From NCBI GenBank assembly GCA_016188825.1, contig JACPHA010000006.1:10300-74299 (forward strand): a stretch of 64,000 nucleotides of DNA, given 5' to 3'. This stretch comes from Candidatus Pacearchaeota archaeon. GTDB taxonomy: Archaea > Nanobdellota > Nanobdellia > Pacearchaeales > GW2011-AR1. The stretch's first letter is position 1; every line of letters begins with the position of its first letter. Made by a program: the position numbers and the translations under genes. The notes under the pieces were generated by a model. The model had not been told where the DNA came from, ran no database searches, and worked only from the letters and a program-made list of their open reading frames with translations. Shown here piece after piece: positions 21,019 through 30,794 of this stretch.

Positions 21019-21672
21019 ATGGTAATAGTGAATGAAATAACTATGAATATAGTAAAGAATGCTGAAGATGGAGAAAGTATTCATAGCTTGGCTTCTAAAA
21101 TGGAGTTTGCTTATTCTGCAGTTTATAGATGGATATTTGAATTAGAAAGATATGGGGTAATTAGTTTAATCAGAAAGGGAAATAGGAATGTTATTAAGAT
21201 TAATAAGAATTTAATTTATAAGAAATTTAAAGAGTTGGATGATGCTGTTTCTGTTATTGAAAAGGACGGTAATTTCTGGGAGTTGGTTAAAACTTTAAAA
21301 TTAAGAATAAGATTTGTAAAAGGAACAGCTGCGACAATCTGGACTAAAGGGAGTTTCATAACTGGAGATTTCTATGATAGGATTTACTTTTTGGAAGTTG
21401 ATAAGAAAGACGCAAATACTTTGAAAGATGCCTTAAAAGAAGAAGGGATTGCATTTACTGAGGGTGAAGTTAATAACCAAAGGCCTTTAGTTTGGATCAT
21501 TCAAAAAGAAGGATTTGATGTAGATAAAAAGGATGGCTTGCCAATTATGCCCTTAAGAGAATTAGTAGAATGGGGAAAAGAATTACATTTGGAGAATATT
21601 TTAGAACAATTGGATAGATTATACAATTTAAAATTAAATGCAAAATACTCTGAGGTTTCAACAAATATCTAA
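21019..21672 (+). CDS. HTH protein, putative antitoxin partner of the downstream nucleotidyltransferase
   Basis: N-terminal HTH (SIHSLASKMEFAYSAVYRWIFELERYG); adjacent to the NTase. Confidence 0.7.
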   Translation: MVIVNEITMNIVKNAEDGESIHSLASKMEFAYSAVYRWIFELERYGVISLIRKGNRNVIKINKNLIYKKFKELDDAVSVIEKDGNFWELVKTLKLRIRFVKGTAATIWTKGSFITGDFYDRIYFLEVDKKDANTLKDALKEEGIAFTEGEVNNQRPLVWIIQKEGFDVDKKDGLPIMPLRELVEWGKELHLENILEQLDRLYNLKLNAKYSEVSTNI

Positions 21673-21673
21673 G

Positions 21674-22360
21674 ATGGATTCAAGAGTTGGCTTGCTTGAA
21701 AGAGAACAGGAAGTTATGAAAATACTTAATTTATTCCTGGACAAAGAAATTGATTTTATTGTTGTTGGAGGTTATGCAATTTCAACTTATAAGAAAAGAT
21801 TCTCAATAGATTTGGATGTTGTAGTTAAAGCAGAAGATCTTGAAAAATTTGAGAAAATATTGGAAAAAGAGGGCTATGCTTTACATTATGAAAAAGAGAT
21901 CGCTTTGATGTATAGGGAAAACTTCAAGAGATTTATGAAGAAAATGAAAAACTTGCCGGTCGATATAGACCTATTAATTAATGGTCTGGTTTCAAGGACA
22001 ACAGATGCAACTTGGGGATTAGATTATATTAAAAGGAATTCTGTGAAAAGAAAATTAAACAATTCTGAATTTTTAACTCCGGAGAAAGAGCTGCTTATTG
22101 CTATGAAATTTCATAGCGGAAGATTATCAGATATTAGAGACATTGTTGCATTAATGCCTTGTGACAAAGAAAAACTCAAACGGCATTTACTAAATGGAGA
22201 TATTAAGAAACTCAAACAATCAATGAGAAAACAATCGTCTTTCTTGAATAAGCCACAGTTTGATGATAGTTTCAAAGGAATATTTGGGCCCTTTTCCTAT
22301 AGTGAGAAAGATGCTCGGACAACAAAAGAGCTGATAAATAGTTTATTGAAGAATGAATAA
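21674..22360 (+). CDS. Nucleotidyltransferase (AbiEii-like)
   Basis: FIVVGGYAI..RFSIDLDVVV, LLIAMK, RLSDIRDI motifs; start MDSRV at 21674. Confidence 0.8.
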   Translation: MDSRVGLLEREQEVMKILNLFLDKEIDFIVVGGYAISTYKKRFSIDLDVVVKAEDLEKFEKILEKEGYALHYEKEIALMYRENFKRFMKKMKNLPVDIDLLINGLVSRTTDATWGLDYIKRNSVKRKLNNSEFLTPEKELLIAMKFHSGRLSDIRDIVALMPCDKEKLKRHLLNGDIKKLKQSMRKQSSFLNKPQFDDSFKGIFGPFSYSEKDARTTKELINSLLKNE

Positions 22361-22523
22361 TATGTCAAAAACCTTGGTTTTTGAAAGGAGCTTTGAGATA
22401 GCTAAGGAAAAGGATAAAAAGGAGTAAAGGAGATTAAGGATTTTCATGAGAAGATGAAGGAAAAAGAAGAACGAGAAGAGGAGATGGAAGAAGAACTGGA
22501 TGAAACTGGGGGAGATGACGAAG

Positions 22524-22727
22524 ATGAGTGAAATTTGTAAAACCTGCAAAAAGAAGTTTGATTCAGGAATTTGGATAGCCTCGCAATTTAGAGATGAAAA
22601 GGTTCTGTTATTTTGTTCAGATAAATGCAAGAACGAATATCTCAAAATGAAACTAAACAGAATAAAAACAGAGTATTCTAAATATTATGATAAGATAATA
22701 AAATCTTCAAAGAATGGGCCGGGATAA
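22524..22727 (+). CDS. Small TRASH/YHS-like metal-binding protein
   Basis: CKTC...LLFCSDKC motif. Confidence 0.6.
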   Translation: MSEICKTCKKKFDSGIWIASQFRDEKVLLFCSDKCKNEYLKMKLNRIKTEYSKYYDKIIKSSKNGPG

Positions 22728-22929
22728 TCTTTTCTTCAAAAGATGCGTTTTTTGGCATCTTGTTTTTTTCGTGCCATTCTTTGTTTATTTTCATTCTTCA
22801 ATCCCTGATTATGATAATTAAGCCAGTGGTAGTACATATCTTTTTACAGGGACTGTCTGGAACTAATGAAACCTACTAACTTTCTTAAATATCTCAAATC
22901 CATCTTAAAAGGAACTTTCTCTTTTAATT

Positions 22930-23072
22930 CTATAGAGGACTTTGAATAACCCCTATTTTTTGCTTTCTTTCAAAGACTTCAACTTCCAAGTTGAATGTAT
23001 CAAAGAACTTGTTTTTTGAGTCCTTCTTAGAGAGTTTTGAAAAACCCTAAAAACTTTCAAAACTCTCTATAG
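22930..23072. repeat. Dispersed hairpin element, type B copy 1, flanked by CTATAG on both sides
   Basis: Near-identical to 52724-52864. Confidence 0.9.
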
Positions 23073-23141
23073 CATTTTGATTGTATTTTGACTCCTATAT
23101 CAACCCAAGAAATCAGAAGTAGCGGAATAGTTGCTGATAGC

Positions 23142-23888
23142 TTAACTCCCCTTAATCTTCCTTATCAATTTCCCAATTTCTTTCTTCTTCTCCCACCTTT
23201 CTTTTTCCTTCTTACTCTTTAAATAACTAGTCACCAAAATAATAATTATCCAAGCCGAGAGCATGAATATTACATATTTTGCTCCTGCTAATTCCAAAGC
23301 CGCCTGTCCTAAATTATAAATCAAAACACTCCAAAAAGTATTCCAAACAACTATCCCGATTGCAGAATATAAAAGAAACTTTTTTGTTGCAACATGTAAA
23401 ATTCCTGCTGCGGTTGCAATTATTGAAGATAAATTGGGATCCCAATAACTAAACATGATTGCCTTAAGCTCATGTTTTCTCACTCTTATCTTTGCCCTGT
23501 CTAATGACCTCTTAAATCCAAGTTTTGTCAAAATCCTATGCCAGCCGTGCTTCCCAACAATATAATTTCCATAATAAGCTATAAAAAATGCAACTGAAAT
23601 TATCAAAGTAATTTCAATAACTCTAATAACATTTTTTCCCGCAGCAATTATTCCCAAAAAAATAATAAAACCTCCTGGAAAATACTGCCCGATAACCAAA
23701 AATCCCTCAATCAAAGCGGTAATAAAAACAACCATCAAACCGTGTCTGTCAAAATAAAAACTAATCCATTGTATGGTTTCTTCCGCATTCGGCAAATCAA
23801 ACGAGCCCCATAAAAAAAGTACCAAAAAATAAACTGCCGCTATAACAAGCGGAATAGCCAATAGGCGCAGAACCTCTTTTGTTTTCAT
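23142..23888 (-). CDS. DedA/VTT family membrane protein
   Basis: ALIEGFLVIGQYFPGG, NYIVGKHG, AAGILHV..KKFLLYSAIG. Confidence 0.8.
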   Translation of the reverse strand: MKTKEVLRLLAIPLVIAAVYFLVLFLWGSFDLPNAEETIQWISFYFDRHGLMVVFITALIEGFLVIGQYFPGGFIIFLGIIAAGKNVIRVIEITLIISVAFFIAYYGNYIVGKHGWHRILTKLGFKRSLDRAKIRVRKHELKAIMFSYWDPNLSSIIATAAGILHVATKKFLLYSAIGIVVWNTFWSVLIYNLGQAALELAGAKYVIFMLSAWIIIILVTSYLKSKKEKERWEKKKEIGKLIRKIKGS

Positions 23889-24004
23889 TCTCTTTTAAGA
23901 AAGAATTAAATTATAAACCTTGCTAAAACAATTCTTTTTGTATCATATGATATATCTAAAGTCGTTAATTTTTGACCAGTAGGACTTTAGATATCTATAA
24001 CTTT

Positions 24005-24373
24005 CTATAATTCATCCAAAAAAATCTTCAAAACTCTAATTCTCTTCTTGTCTTTATAACTCTCTACCTTTCCTAAAACTCTTATCTCTTTTCCTCTATA
24101 GATCCTAGAGCATTCGCAAATCAACTCAAAACCGTTGTCCAAAACCAAAATAAAATTTTCCCCATAACTATTCTTTTCTTCTACAACTTTTCCACTAATC
24201 TCAACTCTTTTATTAGTTATTAAATTATCTAAATCTCTTATATCAATAATTTCCTCGTAAGAGCTATTTAGCAATACAAACATCAAAAACATTCCAACTA
24301 TCATTATAACAAAAGCAATTTTCCTCATTTTAGTTAATTTTATAAAGTTAATAAGATTAAAAATATAATGCAA
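24005..24373 (-). CDS. Small membrane-anchored OB-fold-like protein
   Basis: N-terminal TM; VEISGKV and IRVLGKVESYK beta pattern. Confidence 0.6.
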   Translation of the reverse strand: MHYIFNLINFIKLTKMRKIAFVIMIVGMFLMFVLLNSSYEEIIDIRDLDNLITNKRVEISGKVVEEKNSYGENFILVLDNGFELICECSRIYRGKEIRVLGKVESYKDKKRIRVLKIFLDEL

Positions 24374-26230
24374 AAAAGAGGATTGTCATTTTTTATAGTA
24401 ATAATTATTTTGCTTTCTAGTTTTGTAGTTTATGCTCAGGAAGAAGATAATTCAAATAGCCTAAATGATGGCTCCGAAGAACCAGAGATAATAGAAGATG
24501 ATTCTGCAGAGAATAACGAAGAAACCTCTCTCGAAGAACTAGAAAAAGAATTCTCTGATGAAGAGCTTGAAATAAGTCCTGGGATAAGTCCAGACAGTAG
24601 TTTTTATTTTATAGATGAATTCTTCAACAGGTTCGGGAGTTCTATTGGAAACAGAGAGGAAAAAATTGCAGAAACTAAGGCAATGATACAAAGTGGTAAA
24701 ATTGAGGAAGCCAGGGAGGCTTTAGAAGGATACAAAAAATATGCTGATAAGCTTGAAAAAGAAGTTTCGCCAGAAGAAAGAAAAGAAGCCAGAAAAAGCG
24801 CTGCCGCAATCCACAGGGCATTAAAGGAAATCGAATCTGAAATCCCGGAAGATGAAAGAGAAGAATTTATAGATGATATTCGAAAAAAGGAAAACGCAAT
24901 TCTTACCGCTGCAGAAATTGCAAATAAAATAAAAGAATTGTGTCAAACATTATCAAAATTAGATCCCACGGAGTTTTACAGGGTCTGCAAAAGTGAAGAC
25001 AATTCCCCAAGATGGCACAAAGATTTATTCAATGACTTGACAGAAGAACAAGAAAAAGAAGCCAGATTATTTTTTGAGATAATGATGCAATGTTTTGAAA
25101 CGGGGGGAAAAGAATGCAGATGTGAAGAAATTCCACACAAGGCATTTTCAAACGAATGCTCTGTGGTTGCCCCGCTTACTGCAGCATGCGAAGAAGGAGA
25201 AGAAACTGCATGCGCGCAAATGGAAGAGCAAACAGAAGATATAGAAAACTTGTTGGAAGATGCTCCTCATTTGCAAAGAGTTCTCGAAGAAATTGAAGAA
25301 AGATTTTCAGAAGCACAGTTTGACAACCACGTCCCGCCAGAGTGCAGGAGAGAAAATGCAAAAACAGCAAAAGAATGCATGTTAGTAATGTTTAGAGCAC
25401 ATGCTCCTGAAGAATGTATTGAAGCTCTGGAAAGCGGAGAAATTGATTTTACTAATGAAAGAGAAGCTCGCATGGCATGCGAAGAAATAATGTTTAAGGA
25501 AAATGCTCCTGAAGAATGTATTGAAGCCGGAATAAAAAACCCAAAAGAATGTGGAGTATACATGTTTAAATTAAATGCGCCGGAAGAATGTATTGAAGCA
25601 GGCCTAACAGGCGAGCACCAAAGCGATCATAGAAAATGCGAAACTATTATGAGAGAAAAAGGCGGTCCTGCAGGTCGCGGACCACCGGCATTAGGAATAA
25701 GATGTAAAAGTATTGAAGACCCTGAAGAAAGATTAAAGTGTTATGATTCTGCCTTAGAAGGAACAGGGTCATTGCCTTTTGGACATGGATTTCCTCCTGA
25801 ATGCGAAGAAAAAGGAGCAGCAACTCCTGAAGAATGCGAAAGAGTCATGAGGGAAATAAGAGAAAGTGATTTTGAAAGAAGAGACGAAAATTTTGACAGA
25901 GAGGGCCCTTCTGGCAACTGGCCTGAACAATGCCAAAGAGCTAACGCATTCACCGAAGAATCTTGCAGGAAAGTAATGGAAGAAGGCCAGCAGCAAAGAG
26001 AGGAATTCAATGAACCAACTCAACCAACTGAAAACCCTTCTCCTAGTGAAACCACAGAATCAACAACTACAACAGAAACTCAAAGAACAGAAGAAAGCTC
26101 AGCTGAAACTAGCACAAGTTCAGAATCATCAGGCTCTGTTACAGGCACCGGAGGCGCAATCACAATCACTAGTGGGGTTATCAGAGAAAACAGATTTCTC
26201 AAATATTACTTTAGATTATTCAGGTATTAA
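24368..26230 (+). CDS. Secreted acidic Cys-rich repeat protein
   Basis: Signal peptide; PGISPDSSFYFID (DUF5667-like); repeated (A/P)PEECIEA units; Ser/Thr-rich tail. Confidence 0.85.
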   Translation: MQKRGLSFFIVIIILLSSFVVYAQEEDNSNSLNDGSEEPEIIEDDSAENNEETSLEELEKEFSDEELEISPGISPDSSFYFIDEFFNRFGSSIGNREEKIAETKAMIQSGKIEEAREALEGYKKYADKLEKEVSPEERKEARKSAAAIHRALKEIESEIPEDEREEFIDDIRKKENAILTAAEIANKIKELCQTLSKLDPTEFYRVCKSEDNSPRWHKDLFNDLTEEQEKEARLFFEIMMQCFETGGKECRCEEIPHKAFSNECSVVAPLTAACEEGEETACAQMEEQTEDIENLLEDAPHLQRVLEEIEERFSEAQFDNHVPPECRRENAKTAKECMLVMFRAHAPEECIEALESGEIDFTNEREARMACEEIMFKENAPEECIEAGIKNPKECGVYMFKLNAPEECIEAGLTGEHQSDHRKCETIMREKGGPAGRGPPALGIRCKSIEDPEERLKCYDSALEGTGSLPFGHGFPPECEEKGAATPEECERVMREIRESDFERRDENFDREGPSGNWPEQCQRANAFTEESCRKVMEEGQQQREEFNEPTQPTENPSPSETTESTTTTETQRTEESSAETSTSSESSGSVTGTGGAITITSGVIRENRFLKYYFRLFRY

Positions 26231-26309
26231 ATTGTCTAACTTATTTTTTCCATTCTCTCTAAAAGTTCGCTATTTGCTTTTTCTCACAGTTGCCTTAAAA
26301 AATCCGCGC

Positions 26310-26326
26310 TCGCGGCTTAGCCGCGA
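26310..26326. other. GC-rich hairpin 3' of DGR variable region 1
   Basis: Minus strand TCGCGGC-TAA-GCCGCGA; the loop is the stop codon. Confidence 0.7.
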
Positions 26327-27057
26327 ATCAGAACTACCCGACCATCACCGTCCGAGTAAGCGAGATCCCCGCCGTACGAAAGGACGTAGAGACTACTGTC
26401 CAAGCACAACCACGAAAGGCCTTCATCTTGCGTATATAATCTTCTTTCTCCACCTTCATCAAAAATTGGCAATGCTCTGTCATCCGTCTTAGAAAATCTT
26501 TTATTATTATTTTTACCAATTAAAACCGGAGCTTCAAAAAGTTCAACATCATTTCTTAACTGGAAAGCTAGACCATATTGGTTATCAGCGTTCGTTAAAT
26601 CAAATCCTGTCAAAGGAATCATTATATGATTTTTAGTAGAGGGTTCAATGCCGCGAGCTCTTACCTGTTTAACAAGATCTTGCGCTAGAGGAGTATTACG
26701 ATCATAAGAACATTTGTCAGTTCTTACAACAAGAGAGGCATCTTCATATTGTCTTCTCAACGGCAAACTGCTTGATTCAAGAATTCTGCCTAAGTCTGCA
26801 GGTGTTGCAGTTCTTATTCCCATAGGCCTAAGAATCTGGTTTGCCAAGACTACTGCGAAAGGATTTGAGCCAGCTACAACATTTCCATCATAAGCCAGAA
26901 CCTTAATGTTACTATTACCTTTGTAATCAACATCAGCTAGACCGTTAAATTCCTCTAAGAATGCTTCTGCATCAGCTCCTTCAATAAAGCTAGCAATGAT
27001 ATTTGGAACTCTCCAATTAAAGTTTCCTTTAAATTTTGACTTTGTTTTTGTTTCCAT
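26317..27057 (-). CDS. Putative DGR target (variable) protein, CLec-fold-like
   Basis: C-terminal SWLCLDSSLYVLSYGGDLAYSDGDGRVV; VR-like nucleotide match to 61677-61760. Confidence 0.8.
   Translation of the reverse strand: METKTKSKFKGNFNWRVPNIIASFIEGADAEAFLEEFNGLADVDYKGNSNIKVLAYDGNVVAGSNPFAVVLANQILRPMGIRTATPADLGRILESSSLPLRRQYEDASLVVRTDKCSYDRNTPLAQDLVKQVRARGIEPSTKNHIMIPLTGFDLTNADNQYGLAFQLRNDVELFEAPVLIGKNNNKRFSKTDDRALPIFDEGGERRLYTQDEGLSWLCLDSSLYVLSYGGDLAYSDGDGRVVLIRG
26332..26415 (-). repeat. DGR variable region VR1
   Basis: 67/84 nt identical to 61677-61760, with 15 of 17 mismatches at codon positions 1-2. Confidence 0.8.
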
Positions 27058-27271
27058 CGTGTTTTTTATAAAGATATGGTGTATTTAAAGCTTTCGGCTT
27101 TGTTACTACTTAAAAATTTATCAAGATACTTGATATCTAATTCGATATTCCATAATTCATTATTTTTAGTACAAAAATAGATTGCCTCTTTTTTAGAAAC
27201 CGCTTAATATAAAAAAGAATTTGCAATTCAACATTAAAAAAATTTAAATCCTCGCATTTTCTATCTTTAAC

Positions 27272-28231
27272 ATGAATCTTAATGAAAAACTTGAATTAAT
27301 AAAAAGAAACACAGAGGAAATCATCACTGAAGAAAATTTAATAAAACTTTTAAAAACTAAAAAACAGCCAATCTGTTACTGCGGCTACGAACCTTCTGGC
27401 CCCTTGCATCTTGGTCATTTCGTGACAATAACTAAACTAATTGACTTGGAAAAAGCAGGATTCAAAATAAAAATTCTTCTTGCAGACATTCACGCAATGC
27501 TAAACAAAAAAGGAGATGAAAAATCAATAAAAAAAGAAGTAGAAGCATGGAAAAAAACCATCAAAGCAATCGGATTAAATTGCCAAATAATCCTTGGTTC
27601 TGACTTTCAATTCAAAAAAGAATATCAGTTTGATGTTATGAAAATTGCACAGCACACAACAATAAATCGTGGATTAAGAAGCATGCAGGAAATTGCTCGT
27701 GACATTGAAAATGCAACAATTTCTCAATTAATATATCCGATAATGCAAATAGTGGATATAAAGCACTTGGAAGTCGATGTTGCCCTCGGTGGTTTAGAAC
27801 AAAGAAAAGTCCACATGATAGGAAAAGATATGTCAAAAATTTTAGCTCACGACTTTATACCGTTACATACTCCACTAATTACTTCCATAAATGGCCCCGG
27901 AGAAAAAATGTCAAAATCTCTTCCTGGCTCCGGAATTTCAATCACTGATTCATATGAAGAAATAAAGAAAACAATTTCATCTGCTTACTGTCCCGCAAAA
28001 GAACTCAAAGACAATCCAATATTACAAATAACAAAGTTAATTATCTTCCCAAGGTTCAGCAAAATAAAAATCCAAAGGCCAGAAAAATTCGGAGGCAATT
28101 TAGAATATAATTCTTGTGAATCTCTTGAAAAAGATTTTTCCCAAGGAAATTTGCATCCTGCCGACTTGAAATATGCAGTCATAGAATATCTTGAAAAAAT
28201 TATTTCCCCAATAAGAAAAAACTTCAAATAA
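27272..28231 (+). CDS. tyrS: Tyrosine--tRNA ligase (archaeal type)
   Basis: YCGYEPSGPLHLGH, IYPIMQIVD, GGLEQRKVHM, KMSKS, LHPADLK. Confidence 0.95.
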   Translation: MNLNEKLELIKRNTEEIITEENLIKLLKTKKQPICYCGYEPSGPLHLGHFVTITKLIDLEKAGFKIKILLADIHAMLNKKGDEKSIKKEVEAWKKTIKAIGLNCQIILGSDFQFKKEYQFDVMKIAQHTTINRGLRSMQEIARDIENATISQLIYPIMQIVDIKHLEVDVALGGLEQRKVHMIGKDMSKILAHDFIPLHTPLITSINGPGEKMSKSLPGSGISITDSYEEIKKTISSAYCPAKELKDNPILQITKLIIFPRFSKIKIQRPEKFGGNLEYNSCESLEKDFSQGNLHPADLKYAVIEYLEKIISPIRKNFK

Positions 28232-28233
28232 AA

Positions 28234-28740
28234 TCATGGCAAAGCAATTGCACTTTGCAAGACATAAACTAAATTTTCATTTCCGTTAACCTTCACAACC
28301 CTTTCTTTTGGGCGAAACATATCATCATCTTCTATTGCAACAACTCTTTTAACATTTTCATTAATTTTTCTTAAATCCTTATAAAATCCGCATTCTGCAG
28401 AATCATCTGAACAAACCCCAACAATATGAATTGGCACTTTATTAAAAAGTTTTCCTCCAAAATTTTCTATATAGTTTGAAGAAGCTGACCATAAAACCAC
28501 TTCATCAAAACGCTCAGTTGCAAAATCAATTACTCTTCTCGCATTTTTGTCAACAACATAAGAATCAAAACCTCTGACTCCATTAAAATAAGTTTTTATC
28601 CTGTGCAAAACAACACCATCAACATCAAAAACCAAAACATTCTTATTGTCGCCAAAAAGAGATTTAGATATATCATTAATATTAACTGCTGTTACTCTTG
28701 GTCTTCTCTCATAAAGTGCACAATTCATTATTAATATCAA
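28234..28740 (-). CDS. HAD/NIF-like phosphatase family protein
   Basis: LVFDVDGVV, VVLWSAS, YKDLRK, AIEDD. Confidence 0.7.
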   Translation of the reverse strand: MILIMNCALYERRPRVTAVNINDISKSLFGDNKNVLVFDVDGVVLHRIKTYFNGVRGFDSYVVDKNARRVIDFATERFDEVVLWSASSNYIENFGGKLFNKVPIHIVGVCSDDSAECGFYKDLRKINENVKRVVAIEDDDMFRPKERVVKVNGNENLVYVLQSAIALP

Positions 28741-28758
28741 GAAAGTTGGTTTAAAAAC

Positions 28759-29664
28759 CTATCTCGTATGAAACTCAACAACATCTCTATCCTCAACAAC
28801 ATGATTCAGTCCAACTTTCTGGTTTGGAAATTTCCCGCTAGGACCTGTTAGTCTTGTTTCCTTAACACGAGCAGAAAAACCTTTCAAAATACTTTCTGCA
28901 ACATCTTTTACGGTCGCTCCTTTAGGTAAAACCAACGGCTTCTCACTTACCTTCCTGCCATGCTCCTTCATGTAAATCCTAATCATCCCTATCTCATTAA
29001 AAATTCTCTGTTTCAGCTCGTCAATTCCAAAACCTGCAAAAGCAGAAATAATCACTCCATTAATCCTCTTGCTTTTAATCCTTTCTCTTAGTTTTCTTAA
29101 TTCATCATCTTGCAGTCTATCAGCTTTATTCACTACCACAATCCTCTTTCCCCTTGCTCTTGGAATTTGTTTCTCTATTTCCCCAATTTCTTCCAAGTTC
29201 TCAACAACTAGCAAAATGCAATCAGCATTGTTCACGATACCTATATTAAAATTTTCACTTTCTAAACTTGGCAAATCAACAATCTGCGCCTGCACGCCCT
29301 CGTAATAAAATGTCCCGATTTCCGGCTCTTTTGTTGTAAACATAAAATCAGAAACCTCTGGATTTGCATTCGTCAATTTTCCAAGCAAAGTGCTCTTTCC
29401 TTTGTTTGTAAAACCAACAAGAACAATCTGATATCCCTCTTTTCTCAATCCTTTTTTCCCTCCAGATTTTTTCTTTCCCTTTTCAGCTTTCTCCTTTAAT
29501 TTTCTTAGTCTTGTCTTCAGATTTGCTCTTAAATTCTCTCCTCCCTTATGCGCCGGCGCCCGTCTAATCATCTCTTCCAAAAAATAAATTTTCTCCTCTA
29601 TCGTTTTCGCATTAAAATAATCCTTCTCTGCTTTCAAAAAATCAGGATGTGCATTTATCGGCAT
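28759..29664 (-). CDS. DRG/Obg-family GTPase with TGS domain
   Basis: APAHKGGENLR, GFTNKGKST, FTTKEP, NKAD, VGLNHVVEDRDVVE. Confidence 0.9.
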   Translation of the reverse strand: MPINAHPDFLKAEKDYFNAKTIEEKIYFLEEMIRRAPAHKGGENLRANLKTRLRKLKEKAEKGKKKSGGKKGLRKEGYQIVLVGFTNKGKSTLLGKLTNANPEVSDFMFTTKEPEIGTFYYEGVQAQIVDLPSLESENFNIGIVNNADCILLVVENLEEIGEIEKQIPRARGKRIVVVNKADRLQDDELRKLRERIKSKRINGVIISAFAGFGIDELKQRIFNEIGMIRIYMKEHGRKVSEKPLVLPKGATVKDVAESILKGFSARVKETRLTGPSGKFPNQKVGLNHVVEDRDVVEFHTR

Positions 29665-30068
29665 GCTTTTATATATAGAAAACTATTTAAATATCTTAAT
29701 ACTAAACCTTCTTGGGCTGCTGATTTTTACACTCTCGATAATAACGACTAAAATTTATCTAGACGAGTAAATAAACAACCCGCAAGCTCCTCCTAGCACG
29801 GGTGTAACAGAACCCATTTTATAATATCTTATGTTTCTGGGCATGCCTATTTTAATTATTGTCCTTAGCATAAAATATTTCTCGCAAAATAAAAATGGGA
29901 AAGAATACCTAAAAAGTTTAGTGATTCCACTTTCATATTTATTAATAATGACTCCTGTTGGTTTTACAATTGAATCAAAAATAATTGGTGGTCCTATTTT
30001 TTTAAATGGTCTTCAAACAGCCCTTTCAATAATATCAGAGGCAATATTCCACAACCTTTATTAATTAT

Positions 30069-30166
30069 AATCAAAAAGTCCTTGTGTGTGTTTGGACTTT
30101 TGGACACCAAGAATTCTGAAAATTAAATTCTTGGGTGTGCTCAAGAATTGGAAATTCTTGACATAA
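30069..30166. repeat. Dispersed hairpin element, type C copy 1 (three hairpins)
   Basis: Matches 52939-53009, which lacks one 27-bp hairpin. Confidence 0.88.
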
Positions 30167-30168
30167 AT

Positions 30169-30381
30169 TTATAGACCAGAAACAGCCTCTTCAATAATTC
30201 TCGAAATTGGTTTGCCTGTTTTGGCCTTCAAAATTCTAAGTTTCTTAATTATTCTTTTGTCTAAAGTTACATCTATTCTAGTTCTACCAATCGGAAACTC
30301 GCGTGTTTTGTCATAATTTTCTAAGATATCAAACACATCTTTATATTTTTTCATTATTTCTTTTATTTTACTTGATTGCAT
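30169..30381 (-). CDS. Ribbon-helix-helix-like antitoxin/regulator
   Basis: RIDVTLDKRIIKKL...GKPISRIIEEAV; overlaps the Fic gene. Confidence 0.7.
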   Translation of the reverse strand: MQSSKIKEIMKKYKDVFDILENYDKTREFPIGRTRIDVTLDKRIIKKLRILKAKTGKPISRIIEEAVSGL

Positions 30382-30709
30382 TTTTCAACCTCCACTCTAT
30401 TTGCCTTATATTTGTAATATTCTTCTTTGCTATTGACAAAGCATGATGCACAATCAGATCTCTGTCTATCTTTTTATTATATTCATCTGTAAAAGCAAAT
30501 GCAAGAAAAACTGCTGTTCTTTTGTTTCCGTCACTAAATGGACGGTTTACTAAAATAGCTCTCCATAAATATGCTAACTTCCTATATGGCCCCAGCTTTC
30601 TATTTTTTTGTTGTTGCAATGCAAATTCTATACTAGAATCCGATCTAAGACTACCTCCAAAACCTCCATTAATCCTAATTAAATCTTCCTTACTAATTTT
30701 CATACACAT
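30368..30709 (-). CDS. Fic/Doc family protein with His-to-Arg change in the catalytic motif
   Basis: NRPFSDGNKRTA versus canonical HPFxDGNKR. Confidence 0.8.
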   Translation of the reverse strand: MCMKISKEDLIRINGGFGGSLRSDSSIEFALQQQKNRKLGPYRKLAYLWRAILVNRPFSDGNKRTAVFLAFAFTDEYNKKIDRDLIVHHALSIAKKNITNIRQIEWRLKNAIK

Positions 30710-30794
30710 AAATAGTGGGAACTATTATTTAAGCTTTTCTCTTTTCACTAAATAATTCCACAACCTTTATTAATTCCCTTTCTCAAAAAAGTCT

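Noticed and set aside
29831..30064. 77-aa hydrophobic ORF
   Set aside because: No motif and the surrounding frames are broken; it may be a gene remnant, but no call can be supported.
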